Positions 26,336-37,500 are shown, numbered from the stretch's first letter. The stretch: DNA of 64,000 nucleotides from Candidatus Microgenomates bacterium (GCA_049519355.1 JBEKQV010000002.1:67479-131478); one strand, 5' to 3'. Numbers and translations are program-made. Notes: generated by a model not told the origin, from the sequence alone.

Positions 26336-28603
26336 TTATATTTCTTTTTCCGCCTCAGCTATAACCCCACGAACTCTGTCTATCGTATCAGGGTTAATCG
26401 AGACACTTGTTATACCCCATCTTACCAGTTTTTTCACCAAATCTTCATACTCACTTGGTGCCTGACCGCAAATCGAACTGGTAACTCCCGCCTCAGAACA
26501 TTTCCGTATAACCCGTCTTAGAGCCCATAAAACTGCAGGAGTCCTTTCGCTGAACTCTTGAGCAACTTCGGAGTTATCCCTATCCGTTCCTTCCATAAGC
26601 ATTGTTAAATCATTGCTGCCGATAGAAACTCCGTCAATTCCAACTTTAATAAAATCTTCAATTTGAATAACATTAACGGGAATTTCAACCATCATCCAAA
26701 ATTTAAATGAGGATTTTTCAAAAAGCCCTTCACTGGCAACCATTCTTCTAACCTTGGCAAGCTCTTCTGGAGATCTGACAAACGGAATCATCAAGTGTAA
26801 ATTATCATATTTTTCTCTTACTGTTTTTATTGCCTGAAGTTCAAGATTAAAAACTTCGGGACTCGCAATATAGCGAAAAGCTCCTCTAAATCCGAGCATT
26901 GGGTTAGGTTCCACCGGCTCCCAGTATTTTCCTCCCAAAAGGCTCCTGTATTCATTTGTCTTAAAATCCGTTGCCCTGTATGTAACGGGCCTTGGATAAA
27001 AGGCTTTACAAAAGATCTCCAGATCATCAGACAATTTTTTAATAAACTTCCCCTGTTCTTTTCTTTTAATTGCTTCTTTTGGATGAATTCCGATGTTTGC
27101 GATCATAAACTCTGCCCTAAGTAGCCCTACGCCATCAACATTCTTTTTCGCAATCTCCTTGGCCCTCTCCGGCTCAGCCAAATTTACATAAACTTTAGTC
27201 GCGGTTTTTATATGATTATTTTTGGGTTTTTCTACAGGCTTTACCGTAGCAAACTGTGATTTAACAAAAGCCCCCATAAATATTTGGCCGGCCTCTCCAT
27301 TAACCGTTACAATTTGCCCATCTTTAAGTTTTTTGGTTGCTTGCAGCGTACCGACAACACAGGGAATTCCCAACTCTCTCGAAACAATTGCCGCGTGTGA
27401 GGTCTGCCCGCCTTCATCGGTAATAATTGCAGCGGATTTCTTCATCGCCGGAACGTAATCCGGTGAGGTCATTGGAGCAACCATCACATCCCCTTTATTA
27501 ATCTTATTAATCTCCTTCGGAGATTTTAGAATTTTAACAGGACCAGTTCCGATTCCGGGAGACGCGGGGCTTCCGGTAAGAATTGGAACTTCAGCAATCT
27601 TAACCTCCCCCAAGTCATGTTTCTCAATTTTTGTAGTTTCGGCAATGGTAGTAACCGGACGTGTCTGAACAATATACAACTTGCCTTTTTCCTTAGCCCA
27701 CTCGGTATCCTGAGGAAAGTAATAATGTTTCTGGAGCCTATCTGAGAGCCTGGCTAAAGCAATAACTTCCTCATCTGTAATCTTTTGCCTACCACGAATC
27801 TTTGCGGGAACATCCACCTCCTTCGTTTTTCCTTCTACCTTTATAAGTTGGGTTACTTGGTCCGATATTTCTTTTGAAAGTATCGCAAAAGTATCTTTCT
27901 GAACAACATAAGTGTCAGGCACAACAGATCCTTGAACTATCATTTCTCCCAGCCCCCAAACCGATTCGATAATAATTCTATCTTTATCGTTTTTAACGGG
28001 ATCAATTGAAAACATTACTCCGGAAACCTCAGACTGAATCATTTTCTGGACAATAACTGAAATCTTCACGCTCTCGTGAGGAACTTTATTTTCAACACGA
28101 TAATAAATAGCGCGTGCCGTAAAAAGCGATGCCCAGCACTCCCTAACGGCATTCATCAGATTGGCCTCTCCTTTAATATCAAGCAAAGTTGCCTGTTGCC
28201 CGGCAAAACTTGCTGAAGGTAAATCTTCTGCGGTTGCAGATGACCTAACAGCAACAAGTGCCGATTTCATAAAACCGGAGAGTTTTTTATAAGCCGAAAT
28301 TGTTTGTTGAGCAATATCGTCAGGAATTTTACCGGTTAAAATCATTTTTTGAATTTTGTTTGAAGCTTGATCAAGCTGGGCAGGATCGTTTACGTCGAGT
28401 GTTTTCAGAAGATTGTAAATTTTATTAATCAAATCGTTCTCTTTTAGAAATAAATCATATCCGGCAACTGTTATGGCAAATCCTGGCGGAACAGGAAAAC
28501 CTGCTTGATAAATTTCACCAAGGTTTGCACCTTTTCCGCCGACAAGAGGTGTATCGTTTTTATCTATATCTTTGAAGAAAGCAATAATGGGCAGACTGGA
28601 CAT
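26336..28603 (-). CDS. ppsA: Phosphoenolpyruvate synthase
   Basis: VGGKGANLGE, AVRSSATAED, TSHAAIVSRELG, SIGSNDLT. Confidence 0.97.
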   Translation of the reverse strand: MSSLPIIAFFKDIDKNDTPLVGGKGANLGEIYQAGFPVPPGFAITVAGYDLFLKENDLINKIYNLLKTLDVNDPAQLDQASNKIQKMILTGKIPDDIAQQTISAYKKLSGFMKSALVAVRSSATAEDLPSASFAGQQATLLDIKGEANLMNAVRECWASLFTARAIYYRVENKVPHESVKISVIVQKMIQSEVSGVMFSIDPVKNDKDRIIIESVWGLGEMIVQGSVVPDTYVVQKDTFAILSKEISDQVTQLIKVEGKTKEVDVPAKIRGRQKITDEEVIALARLSDRLQKHYYFPQDTEWAKEKGKLYIVQTRPVTTIAETTKIEKHDLGEVKIAEVPILTGSPASPGIGTGPVKILKSPKEINKINKGDVMVAPMTSPDYVPAMKKSAAIITDEGGQTSHAAIVSRELGIPCVVGTLQATKKLKDGQIVTVNGEAGQIFMGAFVKSQFATVKPVEKPKNNHIKTATKVYVNLAEPERAKEIAKKNVDGVGLLRAEFMIANIGIHPKEAIKRKEQGKFIKKLSDDLEIFCKAFYPRPVTYRATDFKTNEYRSLLGGKYWEPVEPNPMLGFRGAFRYIASPEVFNLELQAIKTVREKYDNLHLMIPFVRSPEELAKVRRMVASEGLFEKSSFKFWMMVEIPVNVIQIEDFIKVGIDGVSIGSNDLTMLMEGTDRDNSEVAQEFSERTPAVLWALRRVIRKCSEAGVTSSICGQAPSEYEDLVKKLVRWGITSVSINPDTIDRVRGVIAEAEKEI

Positions 28604-28618
28604 ATAAACAGTATAAAA

Positions 28619-29662
28619 CTAATGGACAGGTTGGGAAAGAGAGGATTTGAGTTTAAGAATCCATGGTTCGGGACCTGGGTCAACCCCATCCAACATCGAG
28701 ATATAAAAACCAAGCCATGCCGAGTAGTGAGCTAGTTCCAGTGCTTGTCCAAACGCAGAGTCTGACTTAAGCAAATAGGTTCTACTCATAAGTCCCATTT
28801 CATTAAGAATTCCTTTTGTTATTTCGTATCGCTTACGCACTCGTTCATTATTAAATCCACTTTCAAAGAACAAATATTTATTTTTTAATACCGACTCTGG
28901 TTTTTGGAGAGCTTCTATCAAAACGTGATTAACCTCAGGAAAATCATAAAACTGGCTAAAGTTTCTGGAAATTTCGCACATTGCATTACGCCCCGCATTC
29001 AAAGCCCCAACAAGAGGTTTACCTCCAAAAAGTACTGGTACACTTCCGTATAGCCACTTAGCGGTATCTTTTACATCCCACGAATCCCTAATTTTAACCA
29101 AATTATCAATGGCCGAAGATGCAATCTCTCTTTTAATCGGTAAAACACCAATTTTAATTAAAGCGCCGGTTAAAGCTCCTAAAGAAACACCAAGCCCCGT
29201 CTTCGGAAAACCTGTAGGATTTGTATCTCCCGGGTTGATAATAACTCCCATGATAGTTTTTGATTTAATCATTTCACCGATTTTTCCCCCAGTGGTTACT
29301 CCTAAAACTCTTGAACCAATTTTTGAAGCGACATCAATAGCAGATAATGTTTCCTCAGTGTTACCCGAATAAGAGTTGGCGATAACTAAAGTATCTTCAT
29401 TCACCCAGGCGGGAAGCCCGTAATCATTCCTTACTTCGAAGGGAAAATCAAGATCGTCCTCAAACACACCTTGGATAATCTTTGCTGCGTTGCTGCTTCC
29501 CCCCATTCCCGAAACAATCACGGACTTAGTAAAAATTTCAGGTATGTCTGCACCGGATGCCTGTTTCAATGAATCTTTAATTTGCTCGGGAAATAGAGCC
29601 AACGCTTTTTCAACTCCCATGGGGTCTAACTTTTTAAATTCTTCGGAATTATCTAAATTCAT
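28619..29662 (-). CDS. Bifunctional phosphoglucose/phosphomannose isomerase (SIS)
   Basis: GMGGS, SYSGNTEET, PEVNH. Confidence 0.88.
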   Translation of the reverse strand: MNLDNSEEFKKLDPMGVEKALALFPEQIKDSLKQASGADIPEIFTKSVIVSGMGGSSNAAKIIQGVFEDDLDFPFEVRNDYGLPAWVNEDTLVIANSYSGNTEETLSAIDVASKIGSRVLGVTTGGKIGEMIKSKTIMGVIINPGDTNPTGFPKTGLGVSLGALTGALIKIGVLPIKREIASSAIDNLVKIRDSWDVKDTAKWLYGSVPVLFGGKPLVGALNAGRNAMCEISRNFSQFYDFPEVNHVLIEALQKPESVLKNKYLFFESGFNNERVRKRYEITKGILNEMGLMSRTYLLKSDSAFGQALELAHYSAWLGFYISMLDGVDPGPEPWILKLKSSLSQPVH

Positions 29663-30429
29663 ATAATATTATTTAACTCATTGTAAATTTTTTGATTGTT
29701 GCAAGCAACAACCGGATATTTCTTTGAATCTATAATCACTCCGGCCTCTTTAGCAATCAAATACCCCGGAAGAAAGTCGTGTCTATGTGGGGGATTACTC
29801 AAGTTAATATAAGCTTCCATTGCGCCGTCGCACAAAAAACATAACGCCAGACTAACACTCGCTTCACTTTCGACTCGGTAAACTTTATCAGCCACAAGCT
29901 TAATTTTTTTCCAGGAATCGTCATAATTTATAACCTTTCTGTTTTTTGTCGGTAAATAGAAATAAACGTACGATTTACTCAAATCGGTAATTCCTGAAAG
30001 TTGTGCGGGCAAGCCATTAATAAAAGCACCCAAGCCTCCAGCTGCACTATAAATTTTGCCAAAAGCCGGGCAATAAACCACAGACACTATCGGAATTTCC
30101 TTTTCGGTCAAGCAAATATTACAACTGTAGTTTGGAAGATTCCGGATATAAGCTTTTGTACCGTCTAATGGATCAATTATCCATTTGTATTTCGGATTCT
30201 TTATTATTTCCCCTTTTTCTTCGGAAAAAATTGAGTGATCGGGATAAGATTTCTGAATTTTATCTATAATAAATTTTTCCGAATCGATATCCGCGTTCGT
30301 TGCCACATCGCGTATATCTTTTTGCTTAACTATCTTCAAATTTTTCTGGTGCTCAAGAAGAATTTGCCCCGTATTCCTTGTCAAGTCCTCGGCAAATTTC
30401 CTAAGCGTAAGAAGATCCATAATTTCCAC
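29659..30429 (-). CDS. Inositol monophosphatase / FBPase-IV family
   Basis: SEE, WIIDPLDGT, HDFLPG. Confidence 0.9.
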   Translation of the reverse strand: MEIMDLLTLRKFAEDLTRNTGQILLEHQKNLKIVKQKDIRDVATNADIDSEKFIIDKIQKSYPDHSIFSEEKGEIIKNPKYKWIIDPLDGTKAYIRNLPNYSCNICLTEKEIPIVSVVYCPAFGKIYSAAGGLGAFINGLPAQLSGITDLSKSYVYFYLPTKNRKVINYDDSWKKIKLVADKVYRVESEASVSLALCFLCDGAMEAYINLSNPPHRHDFLPGYLIAKEAGVIIDSKKYPVVACNNQKIYNELNNII

Positions 30430-31217
30430 TAGCCTTTTACAAGTTCTATAAGCTTGTTTGTTAATTCAAGCCCACCCAAATTTTGTACTTCCTCAGTAAA
30501 GAAATCTGCTTTCAATTCTTTTGGTTCCGTAGAAACACCAATACCTGCCACGTCAATCATGCTCTGGTCGTTCGGGCCATTTGCAATCGCCATTGTTTGA
30601 GAAATATCAATTTTCAAATAATCAGTCAGGTGCTTCAATGCGGTTCCTTTATTTAATCTTTTTGGAGCAATATCAAACGCTTCACCATTCCAAATGGCAT
30701 AAAATTCTCCTTCCGGATCATTCTTTTTTAAGACTTCGTAAACTTCCGGAATTTCAGAGTAGGCGTGTAAAGTGATAAGAAATTGTTTCGGCTCGAAGGC
30801 TCTAAAATCTTTTACTTTTCCCTCCAAAGCCTGCAAACCGACAAGAATATTTCTCATTTTCATAAGAGTGGCACTATCAAATTTTTCGTGCTGAATGAGC
30901 TCGCCGTTCAAAAGTGAAAAAATTCCGATTTCACTAATTAAAGCAACATTGTCCCAAAGGAGTTCCGAAAATACTTTCGTTAGGTACATTGAACTTCTAC
31001 CGCTATTGATTGCTACAAAAAAATATTTTTTAAGTTCAATTAGCGCGTTCTTAATTTCATCACTCAAATTCGAAGTTTTTATTGTTAAAGTAGTATTTTC
31101 TGAAGTTTTAACTTCACTAATTTCAGTTCCCTTTTTTATAGTCACACCATCAACATCAAAACAAATTAATTTAATATTTTTTATGTCCTCCTTTGTTAGT
31201 TGGCTTATAGGTTTCAT
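30429..31217 (-). CDS. HAD-superfamily (IIB) phosphatase
   Basis: FDVDG, NSGR, NKG, NGPND. Confidence 0.88.
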   Translation of the reverse strand: MKPISQLTKEDIKNIKLICFDVDGVTIKKGTEISEVKTSENTTLTIKTSNLSDEIKNALIELKKYFFVAINSGRSSMYLTKVFSELLWDNVALISEIGIFSLLNGELIQHEKFDSATLMKMRNILVGLQALEGKVKDFRAFEPKQFLITLHAYSEIPEVYEVLKKNDPEGEFYAIWNGEAFDIAPKRLNKGTALKHLTDYLKIDISQTMAIANGPNDQSMIDVAGIGVSTEPKELKADFFTEEVQNLGGLELTNKLIELVKG

Positions 31218-31223
31218 ACTGGT

Positions 31224-31898
31224 TTATTGTAGATTTTTAATAATAAGTAGGTCAAGAGCAGAAAGCAAATCTGTTTTTGAGGTTTTGACCTTTATGTCTA
31301 TATCCGCAAGCTTATCTATTAGGTTTTTTAATTCTTCTATCGTAAATTTGGAGGCCTGAGGTTTTAACTTCCCCACTCTCCAACTTGGATAGGGGATACT
31401 TAAGGCATCGACTTTCACCCAGTACAAATCTCTAAAAAGTTTTGCAATAAGGGTAAAAATAAATTCAGGCGGCTCCTTTTCTATTAACTTGTGAAATTGT
31501 TTTATACTTTTTTCTGAATTCCCAGGATAAAGTCCATCCAAAAAGTTCCATAAAATCACGGGCAATTTAAACTCCTCAACTTTTGTTTCCTTCGGTAAAG
31601 ACTTCAAAATTCCTTGAGAAATATAACCTTCGTGGTAAATTATCAAATTTCCGGTTAGATCTTTTGATTTCTCACTCAACCACTGCAACCCTTTTTTATC
31701 AAGCCTTGTTATATCCCTGATAATAAAAAATCTCTCAGCACTAAATAAAGATGAGGTTCTTAACTGCTCCTGAATCGATAGTGAGCTACTATCAAGATAT
31801 GAAACCTCCCAACTCCGTTGCTTTGCGACTTCAGTAAATTTGGACAATCTTTCGTACAATTTCTTCTCATCGTCACCGTGTAAAATTATTATCTTCAT
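31224..31898 (-). CDS. holA: DNA polymerase III delta subunit (short)
   Basis: IIILHGDD, SSLFS, LADIDIKVKTS C-terminus. Confidence 0.8.
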   Translation of the reverse strand: MKIIILHGDDEKKLYERLSKFTEVAKQRSWEVSYLDSSSLSIQEQLRTSSLFSAERFFIIRDITRLDKKGLQWLSEKSKDLTGNLIIYHEGYISQGILKSLPKETKVEEFKLPVILWNFLDGLYPGNSEKSIKQFHKLIEKEPPEFIFTLIAKLFRDLYWVKVDALSIPYPSWRVGKLKPQASKFTIEELKNLIDKLADIDIKVKTSKTDLLSALDLLIIKNLQ

Positions 31899-32311
31899 CT
31901 CATGTTCTCAAAATATCTGTCTATCAGCTCCTCAAGTTTTCCATGGAAACTTCCTTTACCGTGCCGTGTGTGAGGAAGTAGTGCCCCCGAAAAATTCTTT
32001 GGAATGTGGCTTATTTCATGAAGAAGAACCTTGTCCTGATCTCGCGGAGACAATTTATCAAAATAATGCGAAATTACCTCAACAATGTAAGCAGGCTCAA
32101 TCTGTAAAGCGTTTTGCCATAATCTAGGTAAACCCCAAGTTCTGGCATAGGCCCGCGATTTGGAACCAACGGAACGATAAAAGAAGAGTCTTTCTCCCAA
32201 AAGGTAATCAAGATGAAGCTCGTCAATCAAACGAAGAACTCGGGCCCTTATATCAGGTGCCTCAACCCACTCAAATTTTAAATACTTTCGTTCCCTCCTT
32301 AACCGCCTCAT
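31895..32311 (-). CDS. Putative HExxH metallopeptidase
   Basis: AYARTWGL...LLHEISHIPKNFSG. Confidence 0.8.
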   Translation of the reverse strand: MRRLRRERKYLKFEWVEAPDIRARVLRLIDELHLDYLLGERLFFYRSVGSKSRAYARTWGLPRLWQNALQIEPAYIVEVISHYFDKLSPRDQDKVLLHEISHIPKNFSGALLPHTRHGKGSFHGKLEELIDRYFENMR

Positions 32312-32349
32312 TAGTCTTCAATCCTATCACAAGAAGCACTAATTCCATA

Positions 32350-32595
32350 CTAGATTTTGTAGACTTCTGTTCCCTCTTTGACCGCTTCTCTTGCCTTAAG
32401 TCCTACCACATCTCCTTTCCCCGCGGTATCCTTCTTTTCGTGCTCAATTTGAATAGATTCAACCTTTTGTTCGAATAAATCTTCGCCACCTCGGACAAAC
32501 TTTATACTATCACCCACCGAAATCGTTCCATCCAAGTCAATAATAGCAACGCCCAATTTGTCGTAATAGTGAGATACGTGTCCAACTTTAAACAG
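32350..32595 (-). CDS. Small beta-barrel protein (translation-factor-like / U32 C-terminal-like), probable CTG start
   Basis: Frame is open to CTG 32595, giving KVGHVSHYYDKLGVA..., with SD-like GGGGGTGA 6 nt upstream. FEQKVESIQIEH. Confidence 0.8.
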   Translation of the reverse strand: MFKVGHVSHYYDKLGVAIIDLDGTISVGDSIKFVRGGEDLFEQKVESIQIEHEKKDTAGKGDVVGLKAREAVKEGTEVYKI

Positions 32596-33106
32596 CTTTC
32601 TTCACCCCCTCTCGACCTTCCGTCAATTTAAAAGCATGAGTCAATGCAATTGCCAGCGCATCCGCCGCATTGTCAAAATGAGTTTTCTTATGTGCTTCAC
32701 TTTTTACCCTACTTCCCAAAATAAGTCTTATATGCTGCTGAACTTCCTTTTTGTTTGCTCTTCCGTTTCCGGTTATCATCTTTTTAATCGTACCAGGCGA
32801 ATATTCCTCTACGTGAACTTTTGCTTTCGAAGCAGCCAAAAGCATTACGCCTTGAGCCTGACCAACACCAATTACCGTTTTAGCATTGTTTGAAAAAAAA
32901 ACTTTCTCAAAAACAAAAACATCAGGTTTATGCTTATTAATTAAACGGAGGGTTTCTTCAAATATAAAGTCCAGTCGGGTTTCTTTTAGAAGACTCTTAT
33001 CAGTTTCAATAAGACCCCACGTTACAACTTCATTTCCCTTATCACCCAAGTTAACTAATCCAAAACCCGTAGTCGCCGTGCCGGGGTCCATACCCATTAT
33101 TAACAT
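32588..33106 (-). CDS. ruvC: Holliday junction resolvase RuvC
   Basis: GMDPG, EKVFF, GNGRANK, DNAADALAIA. Confidence 0.96.
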   Translation of the reverse strand: MLIMGMDPGTATTGFGLVNLGDKGNEVVTWGLIETDKSLLKETRLDFIFEETLRLINKHKPDVFVFEKVFFSNNAKTVIGVGQAQGVMLLAASKAKVHVEEYSPGTIKKMITGNGRANKKEVQQHIRLILGSRVKSEAHKKTHFDNAADALAIALTHAFKLTEGREGVKKAV

Positions 33107-33123
33107 TCCCTAGTCTAACACAT

Positions 33124-33378
33124 TTACTTTCGACCTTTTCTGCCAGTCTTTTTGGAAATAAAAAATATATAAATAATATCTAAAATTCCCAAAGTATGAA
33201 CCAGCAAGAAAACGACAAACCAGACTTTACTGTCATTTTTTGCGGCCCTCCACAGAGCCCAACCCATCCAGAATAGACTCCAAAGTGTCAAGGGAATTAA
33301 CATGGCTCCCAGCCAACCTGCAGCCACTATGCCAGGAAATGCTAAACCCATTGGGTTTACATATGAATAGTTATACAT
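33124..33378 (-). CDS. Small membrane protein (DUF5652-like)
   Basis: WSLFWMGWALWRAA...WF...TLGILDIIY. Confidence 0.75.
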   Translation of the reverse strand: MYNYSYVNPMGLAFPGIVAAGWLGAMLIPLTLWSLFWMGWALWRAAKNDSKVWFVVFLLVHTLGILDIIYIFFISKKTGRKGRK

Positions 33379-33992
33379 CAGCTTTTATTCACCCCGCTTT
33401 CAAATAATTTTTCGACTTTCTCCCAATTCACCGTATTCCACCAAGCTTTTATATAATCCGCTCTCATATTTTTGTACTTGAGATAATATGCATGCTCCCA
33501 GACATCAAGAAGAAGTATTGGAGTTTTTCGCTCGCTTACAGGTGAATCCTGGTTGGGAGTATCTAAAATATCCAGCTTTCCATCCTTAATAACAAGCCAT
33601 GCCCAACCGCTTCCAAAATGACTCACCCCGGCAGCCGAAAATTTTTCCTGAAAAGTAGGAAAGTCCCCGAAAGAATTTTCGATTGCTCCAAGTACTTTTC
33701 CTTTCGGTTCTCCACCTCCACCCGGTGTCATTACTTCCCAGAAAAGCGAGTGGTTTGCGTGTCCCCCACCATTATTTTTTACTTTGATCCTGATCTCTTC
33801 CGGTATCTTTTCTAAATCTCTAAGAATATCGTTTATGTCTAAATTTAATAAATCCTCGTGTCCACCCAACACGTCGTTAAGGTTTTTGACATATGTTGCA
33901 TGGTGCCTGTCGTGATGAAAATGCATTGTCTCTTCGTCAATGAAAGGTTCGAGAGCTTTGTAATCGTAGGGAAGATCCGGCAGTGTAAACAT
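33378..33992 (-). CDS. sodA: Fe/Mn superoxide dismutase
   Basis: HHDRHH, NNGGGHANH, DVWEHAYY. Confidence 0.96.
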   Translation of the reverse strand: MFTLPDLPYDYKALEPFIDEETMHFHHDRHHATYVKNLNDVLGGHEDLLNLDINDILRDLEKIPEEIRIKVKNNGGGHANHSLFWEVMTPGGGGEPKGKVLGAIENSFGDFPTFQEKFSAAGVSHFGSGWAWLVIKDGKLDILDTPNQDSPVSERKTPILLLDVWEHAYYLKYKNMRADYIKAWWNTVNWEKVEKLFESGVNKS

Positions 33993-34100
33993 TTTTGTAA
34001 CTTTATTTAATTTAAATTATCTGAAGGTATTCGTCAAGACTCTGAAGTTTCGATCACCAATTTTATATTCTTTCCGGGTAAGAAGTTTTACCACAAAACC

Positions 34101-34490
34101 TCAGCCAGTTTTCCTTGAACGTTTGACGGCGGTTTTTTCCCCACTCTTTATTCTAGTCGCGGCATTTTTAAAAATCATCTCGACCTCCGTAGGAGCCTTG
34201 CCTCGTGTATAGTAAAGTTTAGCCCGGCGTATTCCTTCAACTCCCCTTTTAACAACAATAATTTTATCAATTGAAGGCAGATTTATTGGGAAAATTCTTT
34301 CAATTCCGATTCCCGCTTCTCCTGTCCTTCGCACAACAAAAGTCTTACCGGGGTTTCTACCGCGGATTCCTATCACCATTCCCTCAAAAATAGCCTCGCG
34401 TGACTTATCCGCTTCCTTTATTTTCTGAACAACACGGATCCTGTCACCCACTCCAAATTCAACTTCTTTGTGTGATATTTTCAGTGCCAT
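34101..34490 (-). CDS. rplS: 50S ribosomal protein L19
   Basis: FGVGD, FEGMVI, GIERIFP, RRAKLYY. Confidence 0.96.
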   Translation of the reverse strand: MALKISHKEVEFGVGDRIRVVQKIKEADKSREAIFEGMVIGIRGRNPGKTFVVRRTGEAGIGIERIFPINLPSIDKIIVVKRGVEGIRRAKLYYTRGKAPTEVEMIFKNAATRIKSGEKTAVKRSRKTG

Positions 34491-34523
34491 ACGGGGTATT
34501 GTACACTAAAACTGAGGTTAGCT

Positions 34524-37500
34524 TCAAGAAGGTTTGCTTTCGAGGATATCGGAGATTTCTTTCGCCAATGTTTCATTCCAGGCGATCTTAAAAGGCAGTC
34601 TCACTTTTTTACCGCCTTCAAACATAAGAAACGCGGTTTCTTCACCTAAACGATCTGTCAAAAGTGTCTTTAAACGCCTTAGCGAATTGATTTCGGTGTT
34701 TTTGGATATTTTAATAAATACCTCTCTATTTTTCTTTTCGTTTAAACTGGTCATTGTTTCAATGGATTCGGCAATTAGGGCAGGTATTTCGTCCCGGGTG
34801 TCGATTCTTCCTGAAATTAAAAGGGGCTGACCCTCCGCCCAAAAATCCCTTGTTTCTTTAAATATCTTTGGAAACACAACCACCTCAATAGTTCCGGTTC
34901 CGTCGTCAATTTTAACAAAAGCCATTTCAGCACCGGTCTTTTTAGTTACTATTACTCTAACTTCAGCAACAACCCCGGCAACCCTGACGGAATCAGTAGA
35001 AGTTTCAGCTCCCAATATTTCAAAAATCTTATGTGTAGATTGAAATTCAAGCGGCCCGATAATCTCACTTATAGGTTTTGCCGAAAGCGAAAAACCTAAA
35101 AGTTGGCGTTCCAATGACTGAATCTCATCATCGGAAAATTCTTCAATATTGGAAACCGTAATTACGGTCGCAGCCTCTGTCTTTTTAAGCACCCCTGTAG
35201 CAAAAAGGCCTTGTTGATTATCGTCATCCTTTGGACGCACCACTTTATCTTTTATGGAATCCATTGAAGAAAGAAGCGCTGCCCGACCCCCGAAGTTTGC
35301 CATAGCTCCAACTTTAATGAGGCTTTCCAAAACTTTTTTGTTAACCTTCCTTCCGTCCACCTTACCCAAAAAATCTGCAAAAGATACAAATTTTCCTTCA
35401 CTCCGGGCTGCCAGTATTGCGGTAATTGCCGCTTCCCCCACATTTTTTATGGCTGACAGACCAAATCTAATTCCTTTACCACCAATCGAATCTTTATCTT
35501 TAACAATTGTAAAACCAACCTGGGACTCATTTATATCGGGAGCAAAAACTTTTATTCCCATCCTCCTGCACTCATTAATAGCTGCAGAAACTTTATCTTT
35601 ATCATCCGATTCCGCAGTCATAAGAGCCGCCATGTATTCAACAGGATAATTGGCCTTCATGTAAGCAGTTTGGTAGGCAATCATTCCATAAGACGCAGCG
35701 TGGGCCTTGTTAAAACCGTAGGATTGGAAGGGTTCAAACAACTTCCAAAGGTTTTCCGCAAAAGTTTGCGTTTGACCGTTAGCAACAACACCTTTGATAA
35801 ACTTTTCTTTTTGTGCAGCCATCTCTTCAGGAATCTTTTTTCCAACTGCTTTTCTAAATTTGTCGGCCTCCTCCCATGTGTAGCCTGCGAGGTCCAAGGC
35901 ACAGAACAAAAGATCGTCCTGATAAACAATAAGGCCATAAGATTTACCTAAGAACTTTTCCATCCTCGGATCCAAATATTTAACCAGCTTCGGATTGTGT
36001 TTCCTTTTAATGTATTCGGGAATTTGCGAGATCGGGCCGGGTCTATATAGCGCCACCATCGCCATCAAATCCTCTATTTGAGTCGGTTTAAGCTCAGTAA
36101 GATATTTGGTCATTCCTGCACTAGCCAGTTGAAAAACTCCCATGGTTTCACCTTTAGCCAACATCTGGAACGTTTTTTTATCATCCAGTGGAATCTTGTG
36201 AAGATCGATGTCGATTCCGTAAGTTTTCTTTACTATGTCAACCGCCGCCCCCAAGATCGATAAATTTCTAATTCCGAGAATATCGAATTTAATAAGACCC
36301 ACCTCTTCACAAGCATGCATTTCGTATTGGGTAATTATTTTTTCGCCCGATGGTTCGCGTTGAACAGGACTAAAATCGGTTATCTCTGTAGGAGCAACAA
36401 CAACCCCCGCTGCATGCACAGAAACATGCCTCGCGTTTCCTTCAATTTGCATTGCCAGGTCCAGTACTTTCTTTGTATTGGGATCGGTATTATAAAGAGT
36501 TCTAAGTTCCAAAATTTCATCCATTGCTTTGGTGATTGTTATCGGAAATCCCTGTTTTGGAGGAGGAATCATTTTGGCAATTCTGTCACCTGTTGAATAC
36601 GGGTAGCCCAAAACTCTGGCAACATCACGTACCGCGGCCCGGCTTAGCATCCTTCCGAAAGTGCAAACCTGAGCAACTTTTTCTTTTCCATAAGTTTTTG
36701 TAATATAACCAATAATTTCGTCCCTCCTGTCGTCCGCAACATCAAAATCAATATCAGGGGGGCTTGGTCTATAGGGATTTAAAAATCTTTCAAAAGGCAA
36801 ATAATATGTAAGGGGGTTCACTGTGGTTATTCCCAGAACGTATGAAACGAGGCTTCCTGCGGCAGAACCCCTGGTATTTGTAATAATTCCCTGCGAGTTT
36901 GTCCAGTTGGCCAAATCTCTGACAATTAGAAAATAAGGAGAATATCCCTTTTTAATTATGATGTCGAGTTCGTAATTCAAACGTTCATTTGTTTTCTTGT
37001 CTGCTTTTGGCACTTTAACCTTAAGCCCATCTTCCGCCAATTTTTTTAGCTGCTCATCAGCCGTGACCCCTTTGGGTAACGGAAACTTCGGAAAGCTCCA
37101 GGCACCAAGCTTTACCTCCAAATTACACTTTTTCGCAATCTTTACCGTATTTTCCAGTGCATCAGGAACATCAAGGAATAGTTTTTGCATTTCGTCGGGA
37201 CTTTTTATATAAAATTCCTGAGCATCAATGTAGCGCATTCGTTTTGTGTCGGTTATAATTTTGCCTGTTGCAATACAAACCAAAACATCCTGAGCTAACG
37301 CGTCTTCCTGTTTAATATAATGGGTATCGTTCGTAGCAATAACCGGTATTCCAAGCTCTCTACTAATCTTAAGGATTCCTTGATTCCATTTCTTCTCGTT
37401 ATCCTCCATTTCTATAAGGGAAGTTTTTATTTCCGGTTCTTTGGCTTTCTCAACCCACTTTCCGAATTCATGCCTTTGGAGTTCGAGATAATAATCTTCT

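Noticed and set aside
32271-32409. Repeat pair as DGR template/variable repeat
   Set aside because: Differences are not adenine-specific and there is no reverse transcriptase in the window.
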